Source of the DNA: an uncultured Methanosarcinales archaeon
GTDB lineage: Archaea; Nanobdellota; Nanobdellia; Woesearchaeales; SKGA01
DNA: 59,192 nucleotides
Direction: 5' to 3'
Assembly (NCBI GenBank): GCA_964428445.1
Contig: CAYRYC010000002.1
Coordinates: forward strand, 1-59,192
Positions 16,799 to 27,751 of the stretch are shown one piece after another. Position 1 is the stretch's first letter. Every line of letters begins with the position of its first letter. A model generated the notes under the pieces. The model saw only the letters and a list, made by a program, of their open reading frames with translations, was not told where the DNA came from and made no database searches. The position numbers and the translations under genes are program-made.

Positions 16799-16840
16799 AT
16801 AAAACATAGAGCTAGATATAGGAGATATTAGGGAGACATT

Positions 16841-17398
16841 ATGATACCAGAGAAACAAAGAGAAGAAGAGGCTCTAGTTTTAGACTTCTTACAAAATGGT
16901 TATGCTAATGACAGCAGACCTAGTCATCTCAAAACCTCAATAGTTCAGGCTCTCGGTATATACAATATGAACCTCTTAGAACTAGTCCCTAGAAAAGACA
17001 TATTCCTAGAATCACTGGATGAAGTCTACGTAGGAGACGAGAAAAGAGAAAAAATCCATCATGTTATTGGAAAAATCCCTTATGACAAACTAACAGGAAC
17101 AGCAAAAGCTGAACTTGAACACGCAATCAAAGCTATTATGAAAGAAAGAGAGCAAGATTTCATTGAATTCTTTAACAAAAGTCAACCTCTCTCAACTCGA
17201 ATGCACTCTCTAGAGCTATTACCAGGTCTTGGTAAGAAAGCAATGTGGGAAATAGTGGAAGAACGACGAGGAGATCCGTTCCTGAGCTTTGCAGATATGA
17301 AGAAGAGAATAAAGAGCATCGATCCTGAAAAACTTGTTCTAAAAAGAGTAATTAAAGAGCTCTCAGGCGATGAGAAGTACAGTCTTTTTGTGAAGTAA
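16841..17398 (+). CDS. DUF655-family protein (archaeal RNA/nucleotide-binding, HhH-containing)
   Basis: ALVLDFLQNGY...PLSTRMHSLELLPGLGKK and the conserved position after rpoF. Confidence 0.75.
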   Translation: MIPEKQREEEALVLDFLQNGYANDSRPSHLKTSIVQALGIYNMNLLELVPRKDIFLESLDEVYVGDEKREKIHHVIGKIPYDKLTGTAKAELEHAIKAIMKEREQDFIEFFNKSQPLSTRMHSLELLPGLGKKAMWEIVEERRGDPFLSFADMKKRIKSIDPEKLVLKRVIKELSGDEKYSLFVK

Positions 17399-17408
17399 AT
17401 TTCAAGAA

Positions 17409-18035
17409 CTATTTTTTAATTTGTTCCAAATACAAGTTGTATTGTGTTTGAATAAAGTCAACAAAAAGTTCATTTGAAACATATTTATAATAAACATCTA
17501 AAGAATCTAATTTTGTAGAAAAACAAGTACAATTTGAAACTACAAGATCATTCGCTTTATAAGTATTTTGTAAAAGAGAATAAGGAGTTAAATTTTTTAT
17601 AGAAGGTTTAAAATGACAAAGACCTGAAAAAATATCTTTGCAAGTAGATCTTTCAGAAAATGAATAAAGACCTTCTTCAATAGAAGCTCGAGTAGCTGAA
17701 AATTCATAAAAAACAGAATCATCTAAAGTCGAAAGAATAATATTAAGTTCTCTTGGCGAGTTAAGGCTTTTCGGATCAACCAAGACTCCTTGTTGAATAA
17801 TAATTTCATCAAAGAAATCATCAGAATCACGATCAACTAAAGTAAAATAAGTCATAATAGTATCCGGTCGGGAAATAGTGTCTCCAACATCATCAACGAA
17901 TTTGATTGGTTGACCTTTTATTTCAGGGTATTTTGGAGCAGTTTGAGCATAAGATTTCTGAAAGAAACCAAAACCACATGCAATAATTAAACCTGTTAAC
18001 AATAATTTACTTAAATTAGCCATTAATACAGACAA
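17409..18035 (-). CDS. hypothetical secreted/anchored protein
   Basis: The N-terminal hydrophobic segment LLLTGLIIACGFGFF resembles a signal peptide. Confidence 0.5.
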   Translation of the reverse strand: MSVLMANLSKLLLTGLIIACGFGFFQKSYAQTAPKYPEIKGQPIKFVDDVGDTISRPDTIMTYFTLVDRDSDDFFDEIIIQQGVLVDPKSLNSPRELNIILSTLDDSVFYEFSATRASIEEGLYSFSERSTCKDIFSGLCHFKPSIKNLTPYSLLQNTYKANDLVVSNCTCFSTKLDSLDVYYKYVSNELFVDFIQTQYNLYLEQIKK

Positions 18036-18187
18036 ATGGAGCTGAATTTATAAAATCTAGTGCATTATTAGAGTTATATTTATAAATAAAACATTGTTTC
18101 TGACATATCTACATAGCGATCCGAGAATGTGGGCGTAGCTTGCCTGAACGAGGATTAAATAAGCTAACTAAATGGAGGCTACATAAA

Positions 18188-18760
18188 ATGGGAATATACA
18201 AACATATCCGAGAACTTTGGAAACAACCTAAGAAAAACATGGGTGACGATTACAAAGCATTTCTCGTTGAATTAAGACAGGAACCATCTTCGGTTCGACT
18301 ACACAGACCAACACGACTCGACAGAGCTCGAAGTCTTGGTTACAAAGCAAAACCTGGAATTATTATCGTTAGACAACGAACAACTCGAGGAGGTCACCGA
18401 AGACCAGATATTAAAGGTGGACGAAGACCAAAAGCAAACACTCAGAAAAAAGTTGTAGGTAAATCATACCAACAAATGGCTGAGGAAAAAGCATCTCGAA
18501 AATACACAAACTGCGAAGTTCTAAACTCTTACTTAATTGCAAAAGATGGACAGCACAAGTGGTTCGAAATCATTCTAATTGATCGAACAAACCCTTCAAT
18601 TCTAAAAGATCCTAAATACAACTGGATTTCCTTACAAAAAGGAAGAGCATTCAGAGGACTTACTAGTTCAGGTAAGAAAAGCCGTGGATTAAGAAACAAA
18701 GGAATTGGAGCAGAAAAAGTTCGACCAACACAAAAAGCTCACGGAAATAGACTACATTAG
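18188..18760 (+). CDS. rpl15e: 50S ribosomal protein L15e
   Basis: [16 protein letters not shown]...[21 protein letters not shown] is canonical L15e. The start is set at the ATG at 18188. Confidence 0.92.
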   Translation: MGIYKHIRELWKQPKKNMGDDYKAFLVELRQEPSSVRLHRPTRLDRARSLGYKAKPGIIIVRQRTTRGGHRRPDIKGGRRPKANTQKKVVGKSYQQMAEEKASRKYTNCEVLNSYLIAKDGQHKWFEIILIDRTNPSILKDPKYNWISLQKGRAFRGLTSSGKKSRGLRNKGIGAEKVRPTQKAHGNRLH

Positions 18761-18791
18761 TTCTTTCCTAAGCTTTTATTTTTTTTATTAT

Positions 18792-18959
18792 TTATTTCTT
18801 CTTATTTTTCTTTTGCAATATTGCTACCACAATAATTAAAAGAATAAAAAATACAACTGTTCCTAAATAATAAATAAAATTAGTTTCGGGTTCTGGAAAG
18901 AAAAACATAACCACAACAAGAAGTCCAATAAGAACAGGAATAATATAATTATGTTTCAT
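18792..18959 (-). CDS. 55-aa two-span membrane peptide, start overlapping the giant ORF stop
   Basis: Below the ORF-track cutoff. Translation: MKHNYIIPVLIGLLVVVMFFFPEPETNFIYYLGTVVFFILLIIVVAILQKKNKKK. Its ATG shares one base with the TGA of the upstream 2730-aa gene (TGATG). Confidence 0.45.
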   Translation of the reverse strand: MKHNYIIPVLIGLLVVVMFFFPEPETNFIYYLGTVVFFILLIIVVAILQKKNKKK

Positions 18960-21900
18960 CAGGATTTCATTTCTCCTAATTTCTCAAGATCTTCATCTTC
19001 AATATCTTTAATAGCTTCAATCTTTTCTTTCATCTCGACATTCTTCTGATGAACAAAGAATAAAAGAATTCCTAAACCAATAAGAAGAGCTAAAGCAGTT
19101 CCTCGTAAATAGACATTAACATGATCTCTAGGAGAAGGCATGAATTTATCAAATTCGGAATTACAAGATAAAGTTTCAACATCACAACCAGCAGAACAAA
19201 CTTTCTGAGTAAGCCATAAGTCTCCTTTATCTGAACATACAAATAATAGTTTGCCATCGCAAGCTAGTTCGCCAGGATAACAAGTAGGTTTTATAGTTAC
19301 ATATGTTGAGGCTTTTGACCTATCAGAACTTGTAGCAGTTTTCCCACACTCAAAATCAACAGTATGAGGGCCTTCAGTTAAACCAATAAGTTTAGTATAA
19401 AATGTATTTCCTTCTTGATATAATTCTTGTTGAGTAGATCCATCAATACTAAACCAACATACAGCGGTTCGAGGAGTTACAATAATTTGTAAAAAAGTTT
19501 CATCAACAGTAATTATTTCTCCAAGAGGAGATATAACAGTTATTTGCGGAGCATTATTATTACTAGAACTTCCACCACTTCCACCACCGTCAAGTTCAGG
19601 AATAAGTCCTTGTAAAATTCCAAATCCTGAGAAAGAAGTAACAACAAGTTCGAAATAATCTCCAGCAGTACTTTGCGAAGCTTGAGAACTTACATCATCC
19701 CAAGTTCCATCACATGTTTGCGTGGTAAAATTATAATTATCACATTTGTATAGTTCAAGATAATTTTCATCAATAATACCGGATGCTCCTTCATAGGAAA
19801 GTTCAACTGTTGCTTGAGTAAAATCATAACTTGTTTCAAGACCATATTTTACAAGGAATTCTCCATTGTCATATTCATCCATACCAAATTCTTCACCGTT
19901 GTGAAGATCAATATCTACTTCTTCAATATATGCTCTTAACATTCCATTATAAGCTATAAATTCAACATCGTGATTTATATCAGCTAGTTCTGTTGAATAT
20001 TCTCCATCTACTCGGGAATCTGCATAAACAATAGCGTTTCGATAGTAAGCTCGAACAGTACTGTTAATTCCATCGCTGGATGAATTAATAACAGTTACAT
20101 TAAATGGAGGGGTTATAGGATTAAACACTTCGAAATAATCAGTAGCGTTTACTTCTTGACCAATTGAATTGTTTGCAAAGAAAATAAGACTATAATTTCC
20201 AAGAAGATCAGTATCTAAATAGCTTATATTTGCTTCATCAACAAGTAAAATAATTTCTGAACTGTTATCAGGCTTTGTTAGATTTACCCAAACATCACTA
20301 AATTCGTGAGCATCAATGTATAATTCAATCGTATCATTAACAAATGTAGCATAAGGAATAGCTTTCGCTTCTATAATAGAGAGACCGAAATCACAGGCGT
20401 CATCAATACCATCACCATCAGTATCTAAACCAGTGTTTACAAGATTCGGACAGCTATCGCATGCAAGATTTACATTTCCTAAAGAATTGTAAAGAGTAGT
20501 GTAAATACCTTCAGTCCAACCATCATTATCAAGATCTGCTTTCGCACAAGTCCAATTTAATCCATCAGCCGTTACTCCGCTGCTTGTTAAACTATTACAA
20601 ATATAAAATACTTTGTAGGAACTGTTAACTTCATCAGAATCACTATCAGTATTGTTTGCATAAATAAAATATATTCCATCAACAGAAACGTTAATATGAG
20701 AGGATATGTCAATTGTTGTTCCACAAGTTACAACATTTGTTCCAACAACACTTGCAGTTTCAGTTCCTTGAAGATCTTTTGAACCATTAAGAATATTAAT
20801 TGTACAATCATTAAACGTATCTCCATTTCCAGTTGTAAATTCGAAATCGCCAGAAACTAAAGAAGTAGTTGTATCATTATAGTATGCTCTAGATAATTCA
20901 TAATCTGAAGTTGTATCAATTGGTAAAACATTTACCATGAATGAAGATGCATTTGTATCTCCAAGATTATCATATCGATCAGTTGCATTAACCCAAATAT
21001 CTGTTGAACCATAATCATCTGTTGGAGTAAATGAATAAACACAATCAGTTTCAAATGAAGAACCTACAGTATCTATTTCCATATCACAACCATAGATATT
21101 ACTATCCTCATCATAAGGTGCCACGTAGAAAGTCACATCATCTCCATAATAAACTTCTGAAGGACCGACAGACATTGATCGAACGACAGGAATATTTGAT
21201 TCTACAACAGTTACGCTTGCAGTTTGACCGCTTCCAATTCCACCATAACCAGTATTTGATGAAACAGGGAATGTTTCTGCTCCTAAACTAACAGTTCCAT
21301 CTACAGGGAAAGTAACTGTTAAAGCTAAAACACCACCATTAGCTGAAAGACCATCAGTACCACTATCAGTTAATGTTAATACACTACTTGACCAATCTTT
21401 ACAACTTGCACCACAAGCAAAGTCACTTGCAGATAATCCGCTTAAAATAATTTCTCCGGTTGTTGCTGGGAAACTAACGCCATTACTCAAAGTTCCTAAT
21501 CCTAAAATAACTTGAGAACTTGAATGATCTGCTCCGCTCTTTGTTCTAAATTGAATAGTAAAATTTTCTTCTGAAGGAATATTTTTGTGAGTTCTAACAT
21601 AATATCTAAACTCAACATCGCCAGCACCAGTGTCAGTCCAAGAAGACCAAGCAGGCGTAGCTGAATGAGAATTTAAAGTATCGTAACTTGGACAAGCTGT
21701 CGATCCTGAACAACCAGAATCAGCACAATCAATATTACCATCTGCATCATTATCAAAACCATCACCACATTGTGTTGTGGTTTCACTTGTTGCACAAGTT
21801 TCTCCATCATCTCTAGTGACAGTATCACAACCAGAATCAGCACAATCAACAGTTCCGTCTCCATCATTATCAAGACCATCACCACAAGCAAGACTTGAAG

Positions 21901-24900
21901 TTTCTGAAGCAACACAAATTCCTCCACCATAGGAACCAAGTTCACCAACACAATCAGCATCAGCACAATCAATTCCAACAGTAGCAGAAGTTAAATAATC
22001 TCCATTCGTTGCTGCATCGTAATCATTGTTAATTCCATCAGCACATGAACCATAAGTATAATTTTCAATACTAGGACAAGGTCCACAGGATTGATAAATT
22101 TCCCAACAATCAGAATATGATAAAACAGAGTTAGCTGTTGCGAATAAACCAGAAGTATTTGTGTTATCAACACAACTGGATGTTAGACCAAACATTATTG
22201 GTCTTGAATCGAAATCATCATCTAAAGTATTTCTACATAAATCATGAGATCCTAATTTGAATTCTGAAGCAATACAAATTTCTGAAGAGTTAGAAGGATT
22301 AATTACATTAAGACAGTCAGGATCATCACAATCAAATCCTGTTGATGCATTTGCAATATAATTTGTTCCAATCCAAACATAAGCATCTAAATCATTATCA
22401 ATCCCATCCCAACAAGTAGCACCATCACCATCATATTCAGTAATATATGAAATGGAAGCACTACAAGTACTTGTCCCATAACAATCATAATCATCGCAGT
22501 CTGCACCGGTTGTTGAAAATAAAGGATCAGGAACTAAAATAGATTTCCAGTTTGCACTTCCACCCATTAAATCGACATCGAAATCGTTATCAATTCCATC
22601 AGTACATTGATCTTCTCGGTATGCACAAATTCCTCCAAGAGACGATAAACTTTCATTACGTCCCCAACAAGAGTACGCATCAAAACAATCAATCGCTCCT
22701 GTTGATCGGCAATCAGCATAGGTGCCATCACATGTAATTCCTACACCATAAGAAGCAATATCTGCGTCGTTATCAAAACTATCATTACAACTACTAGGAG
22801 TTGAAGTGTAATTTATTGTTCCTTCTGCAGTTGAACTATATTCACAATATGCAATTTCAGAAGTAGCGTTATAATATTTTACTGCTTCTCCACTTGCATC
22901 ATAATAAGCTCCTATTCTACTATTACAATCTGAGTCTGCACAATCAACATTACCATCACCATCATTATCAAAACCATCCCAACAAGTAGTTTCAGGACTT
23001 TCACAACTAATAGGATCAGCATTACTAGTTTGACCAATTTGAACACCAACACAATCAGAATCACGACAATCATAATCATCATAATTAAGATCGTTATTTA
23101 CACCATCATTACAAGCATTAGGACTTGTTGCAGTTCCTGAAAGAACAGTTGATGTGTCAGTATTTAATGCAGTATCATTTTCAAAATAATTTTTAGGATT
23201 AGCTGAAGTTAAATCTATAGTTAAATTATCATCACCAAGACCAGTTCCAACATAAACATCAAAGTTAACAGTATAAGTATTATCACTCTCACCTACTAAA
23301 GACATATTAGTAACTTGACTGAGAGATCCACTATAGGTTGCAGAACTTCCAGCATTAGGTCGAGACGAAGCCATAGCTCCACGATAAGGAGCAGAGTCAG
23401 GAACTAAAATTTTATAAGCTAATCCTGTTGAAGGAGTTCCATTATATAACTGTGTTTGAGAATCAGTAACATCAAACGAAGGCGTACCAACACTCTTTGC
23501 AGTCATCGCGACAATTGCTACTGATGAAATAGTTTTTTCATATTGAACTTTGAATGTTCCTGATTGAGAAACATTTTGAGTATAACGAACCGTAGCTCCA
23601 CCAATACCGCCAGTAACAGTACAAATATTTCCTGAACAGGTTTCAGCCTGTGTTGAAAATTCATCACCAATAGAATCAATTTCTCCAAAAGTTCCAAATC
23701 CCGCACCAGGATCTAATACATGAGATGAACAATCAGGGAAAAATAATGTCTGACAATCAGTATCAGAACAATCAGTACCGCCAGCACCATCATTATCAAT
23801 ACTATCATTACAAAGACCTTCATAAGTCGCACTTCCTAAATATTTATAGAAAGCAAAATTAACATCTTGTTGGTTTGCATCATTATGACTAAAATACCAT
23901 CTTAATCCATTCTTCCACGATTGGTATGCATTAGCTGCATCTTTAGCTTGACCGTTGTCAATCCAATCAGTAGTTTTTACATAAACAGGATAATCGTCAT
24001 CATTATAAGAAATAACAGTAAGACTCTGATCAGTAATTGTACAATTATCTACAAACCAAGATTGTGTTGTAGAACCATCAAAATCACCTGGTTGAATAGT
24101 ATATGATAAAGTTATATTACCAGGACTTGAAAGTTCACCAACACCAACAGTATGATTAAGTTCAATTTGATCGGTTTGGTTTTTGTAAACAAAACATCGC
24201 AACACAGAATCATCTTCCGCAGTTACATTTACGAATGTAATATTAAAAGTATCAAGAGTCACAGAACTACCAGGATAAATAGTTGAAAGTTCATAAACAC
24301 CTTGAGGATAATCTAGTTGAGAAGAATTCCAAACAACAGAACATACAAACTCACAAGTACAATCTTCTTCCCAAGTCAAACAAGGATAAACATCCGCACT
24401 ATCATTAATTCCCCAAATACTATTCGGATCAGAACAATTCATAAACCAATTTGCATCAGTATATTGTTGGTGATATTGCATTAGAATAGTTGAACTTCCT
24501 GTAATTCCACTTACATTTCCCAAATTTCCAGTATCAACAGAAACTCCAGCTGTTTCAATATCCCAAAAGTTTTCTGTGTAACCTACTGAACTTCCATAAC
24601 CAACAAAACCTCCAACATTACTTCCGCTTCCATCAACAATTCCCGTTGAATAAGAAGTTAAAATTTTACCTTGATAAACAAAACCTGCCAAACCACCAAC
24701 ATAGCTGTTACCAGCAACATCTCCACTTGCATAGGAATTATTAATAATTCCTCCATAAGATCTTCCAGCAAGACCACCAATAAAATTATCAAAACCAACA
24801 ACATTTCCAATTACATAAGAATCGTTAATAATTCCATAATAATTATAACCAACTAATCCACCTACAGTAGAATGTCCAGACACATTAACACGCGAATAAG

Positions 24901-27151
24901 AATTATGAACTTCTCCATTATTAACATAACCAACTAAGCCACCAACATAATTTAAAAGCCCATTCAAAACTCCAATTACATATGAATTAGAAATATTTCC
25001 TGTACTATAAGCAACTAAAGATCCAACAGTATCTTGTCCAGTTATATTAACATCAACCATCCCAACATCACTAATAGTCCCTAGTTCGAGATAACCAAAC
25101 AAACCAACATAAAATCCAGAAGGACGATTAATATGAAAATTACTAATATTATAATTATCACCATCAAAAGTTCCTGTGAATTTAATTGAATTATTTCCAA
25201 CAGGATCAAATCCAGCTCCACTATTCCAATTTGTCGTGTTGGAACAATCAATATTATTTGTTAAAGTATAATTATAATTTAAATTATTTTCCATGTGCTG
25301 CAATTCACAACAAGAATCAATCTCATAATAAGTATCAGAATTATTATCATCTAAAATAAAACCATTATTTAGATCTTCAGGATTACAAACAGGATAAGCA
25401 AATAAACATTCACAACCATCTTCCCAAGTCAAACAAGGATAAACGCCAGCACTATCATTAATACCCCAAATACTATTCGGATCAGAACAATCCATATCCC
25501 AAGCATTATCAGTGTATAAATAATGATTTTGCATTACTGAAGTTATATTACCATAACCTTTTCCAGTATCTGATTGTCCTGAAGTTTCGTTATCATAAAA
25601 AGAAACAAATGCTGTTCCCGCACTAAATCCCACTAAACCACCAACATCACTATTACCAGTAACATTTCCTGATGAATAAGAATTATTAACATAAGAATCA
25701 CTATTACCAATTCTACCAACAAGACCACCAACATTAATATTTCCAGTAACGTTTCCTAAAGCATATGAATTATGAATAGAACCATTCAAAATAAAACCTA
25801 CAAGACCACCAACATATGACGACGGAGTAGAATAAACTAAAACATCAGAATATGATTGTCTAACAATTCCATGAGCTTTAGGTGTACCTGTAAAACCAAG
25901 ATACCCAACCAAACCACCAGAGGGAGACGCAGAAGAAATAGTTCCTTTTTCTACAGAAACATTTTCAATTAAACCCCTAGAACTACCAACAGCACCAGCA
26001 CCACAAATATCAGAAACGGCAATAGTAATATTATAAACATAAGAATTTGTTAAATTACTACTTGCAAGCATAAAACCAATGAGACCTCCACTATAATACC
26101 CATCTTGTATTTGAGAATTGTAAGAATGAATATTATCAGCAACACCACTATAAATCCCGATAATAACGCCTGCTTGGTATTCAGAGGCATAAATAATTGA
26201 ATAATTAGAAGACACATCATTAATAGAAACATTAGACAAACCACGACCAAGAAGAGATCCAACAGCAGATCGTCCTTTTAAAGAAAAATTTTGTAAATAA
26301 ACATTTGAAATAATACAATTATTAGCATAACCAAACAGCCCCACATTATCTTCAATTGTTCTGTTAATATACAAATTACTAATAGTATAACCATCACCAT
26401 TAAAGGAACCAACAAAATTATTTGTACTATTTCCTACAGGCAAAAATCCATTATACCCAGTTCCATTATTATTCCAAGTTGTAGTATTGATACAATCAAT
26501 ATTATTAGAAAGAATATAATCATTTGCAAGATTTAAATTCATATCTTGAAGTTCTGAACAATTAGTAATGTATACAGTAGCCTGCGTACTAAATACTTCT
26601 TCGACAATAACTCCTCCAGTTGATTCAATGGTAAAATAATTACTCATCGCAACAAATTCTCCATCTGTCGCATAGAATCTGATAGTTTCAGTTCCAACAA
26701 AACTTTTTATTGGAACAATGATTGCTAAATTATCAATAAAAGTAATATCAAAACGCATACTCAAAGAAGGAGAATAAGAAAGAACAGTTGTTTCATCATC
26801 TACAAAGTAAGAAGAAAGATCAAATGCATTTCCAAGAGGATTGTCAATATAAATCGTAGGAACAGTTCCTACAAATCTAGGAGCAGTATTATTTTCAGGA
26901 ATAAGCATGGGACCCGATAAGGGTACAGTTACATTTCCATCAGTAACAGGATCAGTGGCAACAATTTCTTCTTCTAAAATAATATCTTCAGAAACATTTA
27001 CAATATTTGAAATTGTTTCATTTAGTTTAAAAGTAAGTTCATCTAAAGGAGCATCTTGCAAAGTTACAGAGCCAATAACACCTAATGATGAAAATAAAGG
27101 ATTTATATTTGTGCTTAGAAATGAAACTCCTAATAGAAGAAAAGAAGTCAC
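18959..27151 (-). CDS. giant (2730 aa) surface protein with GLUG-like beta-helix repeats and Cys/Asp-rich metal-binding-type repeats; C-terminal TM anchor
   Basis: N-terminal hydrophobic signal. Many VGGLVG[YF] repeats and repeated C.DG.DND.DG..DC.DSDC modules. C-terminal ALALLIGLGILLFFV followed by a charged tail. Confidence 0.85.
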   Translation of the reverse strand: MTSFLLLGVSFLSTNINPLFSSLGVIGSVTLQDAPLDELTFKLNETISNIVNVSEDIILEEEIVATDPVTDGNVTVPLSGPMLIPENNTAPRFVGTVPTIYIDNPLGNAFDLSSYFVDDETTVLSYSPSLSMRFDITFIDNLAIIVPIKSFVGTETIRFYATDGEFVAMSNYFTIESTGGVIVEEVFSTQATVYITNCSELQDMNLNLANDYILSNNIDCINTTTWNNNGTGYNGFLPVGNSTNNFVGSFNGDGYTISNLYINRTIEDNVGLFGYANNCIISNVYLQNFSLKGRSAVGSLLGRGLSNVSINDVSSNYSIIYASEYQAGVIIGIYSGVADNIHSYNSQIQDGYYSGGLIGFMLASSNLTNSYVYNITIAVSDICGAGAVGSSRGLIENVSVEKGTISSASPSGGLVGYLGFTGTPKAHGIVRQSYSDVLVYSTPSSYVGGLVGFILNGSIHNSYALGNVTGNINVGGLVGRIGNSDSYVNNSYSSGNVTGNSDVGGLVGFSAGTAFVSFYDNETSGQSDTGKGYGNITSVMQNHYLYTDNAWDMDCSDPNSIWGINDSAGVYPCLTWEDGCECLFAYPVCNPEDLNNGFILDDNNSDTYYEIDSCCELQHMENNLNYNYTLTNNIDCSNTTNWNSGAGFDPVGNNSIKFTGTFDGDNYNISNFHINRPSGFYVGLFGYLELGTISDVGMVDVNITGQDTVGSLVAYSTGNISNSYVIGVLNGLLNYVGGLVGYVNNGEVHNSYSRVNVSGHSTVGGLVGYNYYGIINDSYVIGNVVGFDNFIGGLAGRSYGGIINNSYASGDVAGNSYVGGLAGFVYQGKILTSYSTGIVDGSGSNVGGFVGYGSSVGYTENFWDIETAGVSVDTGNLGNVSGITGSSTILMQYHQQYTDANWFMNCSDPNSIWGINDSADVYPCLTWEEDCTCEFVCSVVWNSSQLDYPQGVYELSTIYPGSSVTLDTFNITFVNVTAEDDSVLRCFVYKNQTDQIELNHTVGVGELSSPGNITLSYTIQPGDFDGSTTQSWFVDNCTITDQSLTVISYNDDDYPVYVKTTDWIDNGQAKDAANAYQSWKNGLRWYFSHNDANQQDVNFAFYKYLGSATYEGLCNDSIDNDGAGGTDCSDTDCQTLFFPDCSSHVLDPGAGFGTFGEIDSIGDEFSTQAETCSGNICTVTGGIGGATVRYTQNVSQSGTFKVQYEKTISSVAIVAMTAKSVGTPSFDVTDSQTQLYNGTPSTGLAYKILVPDSAPYRGAMASSRPNAGSSATYSGSLSQVTNMSLVGESDNTYTVNFDVYVGTGLGDDNLTIDLTSANPKNYFENDTALNTDTSTVLSGTATSPNACNDGVNNDLNYDDYDCRDSDCVGVQIGQTSNADPISCESPETTCWDGFDNDGDGNVDCADSDCNSRIGAYYDASGEAVKYYNATSEIAYCEYSSTAEGTINYTSTPSSCNDSFDNDADIASYGVGITCDGTYADCRSTGAIDCFDAYSCWGRNESLSSLGGICAYREDQCTDGIDNDFDVDLMGGSANWKSILVPDPLFSTTGADCDDYDCYGTSTCSASISYITEYDGDGATCWDGIDNDLDAYVWIGTNYIANASTGFDCDDPDCLNVINPSNSSEICIASEFKLGSHDLCRNTLDDDFDSRPIMFGLTSSCVDNTNTSGLFATANSVLSYSDCWEIYQSCGPCPSIENYTYGSCADGINNDYDAATNGDYLTSATVGIDCADADCVGELGSYGGGICVASETSSLACGDGLDNDGDGTVDCADSGCDTVTRDDGETCATSETTTQCGDGFDNDADGNIDCADSGCSGSTACPSYDTLNSHSATPAWSSWTDTGAGDVEFRYYVRTHKNIPSEENFTIQFRTKSGADHSSSQVILGLGTLSNGVSFPATTGEIILSGLSASDFACGASCKDWSSSVLTLTDSGTDGLSANGGVLALTVTFPVDGTVSLGAETFPVSSNTGYGGIGSGQTASVTVVESNIPVVRSMSVGPSEVYYGDDVTFYVAPYDEDSNIYGCDMEIDTVGSSFETDCVYSFTPTDDYGSTDIWVNATDRYDNLGDTNASSFMVNVLPIDTTSDYELSRAYYNDTTTSLVSGDFEFTTGNGDTFNDCTINILNGSKDLQGTETASVVGTNVVTCGTTIDISSHINVSVDGIYFIYANNTDSDSDEVNSSYKVFYICNSLTSSGVTADGLNWTCAKADLDNDGWTEGIYTTLYNSLGNVNLACDSCPNLVNTGLDTDGDGIDDACDFGLSIIEAKAIPYATFVNDTIELYIDAHEFSDVWVNLTKPDNSSEIILLVDEANISYLDTDLLGNYSLIFFANNSIGQEVNATDYFEVFNPITPPFNVTVINSSSDGINSTVRAYYRNAIVYADSRVDGEYSTELADINHDVEFIAYNGMLRAYIEEVDIDLHNGEEFGMDEYDNGEFLVKYGLETSYDFTQATVELSYEGASGIIDENYLELYKCDNYNFTTQTCDGTWDDVSSQASQSTAGDYFELVVTSFSGFGILQGLIPELDGGGSGGSSSNNNAPQITVISPLGEIITVDETFLQIIVTPRTAVCWFSIDGSTQQELYQEGNTFYTKLIGLTEGPHTVDFECGKTATSSDRSKASTYVTIKPTCYPGELACDGKLLFVCSDKGDLWLTQKVCSAGCDVETLSCNSEFDKFMPSPRDHVNVYLRGTALALLIGLGILLFFVHQKNVEMKEKIEAIKDIEDEDLEKLGEMKS

Positions 27152-27429
27152 TAGAATTAAAACTAGTACCGCTGAAGCTTTTTTGCTAGTAATTATAAGT
27201 CACCACACCCATCGATCTCCCAAATATCAGTTATAAATCAAATAAATGTCATTTAAAAAGCTTTGCTTTATTTAAATTTAAATTAGACAATTTTTAGTAG
27301 TAAAAAAGCCAAAACCATAATTTAAGAGCATTTATTGTCAAAAATCACAATGTTTAAAAGAAACAGACACCTATAATACATTAGAGACTAGTAATCTCTG
27401 CCAAAACAGAAACAGCAAAAGGCAATAAA

Positions 27430-27732
27430 ATGATTGAATTAGGCGGAAACATCACTTTAATCGGTTTTAAAGAGCTTGATTATGCCGAGATGGTGGTTAT
27501 AAAAAAAATCGTAGGGAATTACGCTCGACGATTCTCAGACAGAGAACAAATTAATAATTTGACACTGAGTTTAAAACAAGTGCATCGTACGAACGAAGAA
27601 AGTTCCAAGTTCGAAATGAAAGGAAAAGTGGATGTAAATGGTACAATCTACAATTCAGATCTTGTAGAGTACAATTTGTTCATTGCTCTCGATAGCATTA
27701 TGAAAAAACTCGAAGTACAAATTAATAAGTAA
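27430..27732 (+). CDS. small protein, possibly HPF/RaiA-like ribosome-associated factor
   Basis: 100 aa. The C-terminal pattern VDVNGTIYNSDLVEYNLFIALDSIMKKLEVQINK resembles the HPF/YfiA C-terminal helix. This is a weak, by-eye call only. Confidence 0.3.
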   Translation: MIELGGNITLIGFKELDYAEMVVIKKIVGNYARRFSDREQINNLTLSLKQVHRTNEESSKFEMKGKVDVNGTIYNSDLVEYNLFIALDSIMKKLEVQINK

Positions 27733-27751
27733 AAATAAAAAAACTGTGTCA

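Noticed and set aside
21031-26262. Numerous 60-100-aa ORFs on both strands inside 18959..27151
   Set aside because: They are shadow frames of the giant gene with low-complexity, repeat-derived translations.
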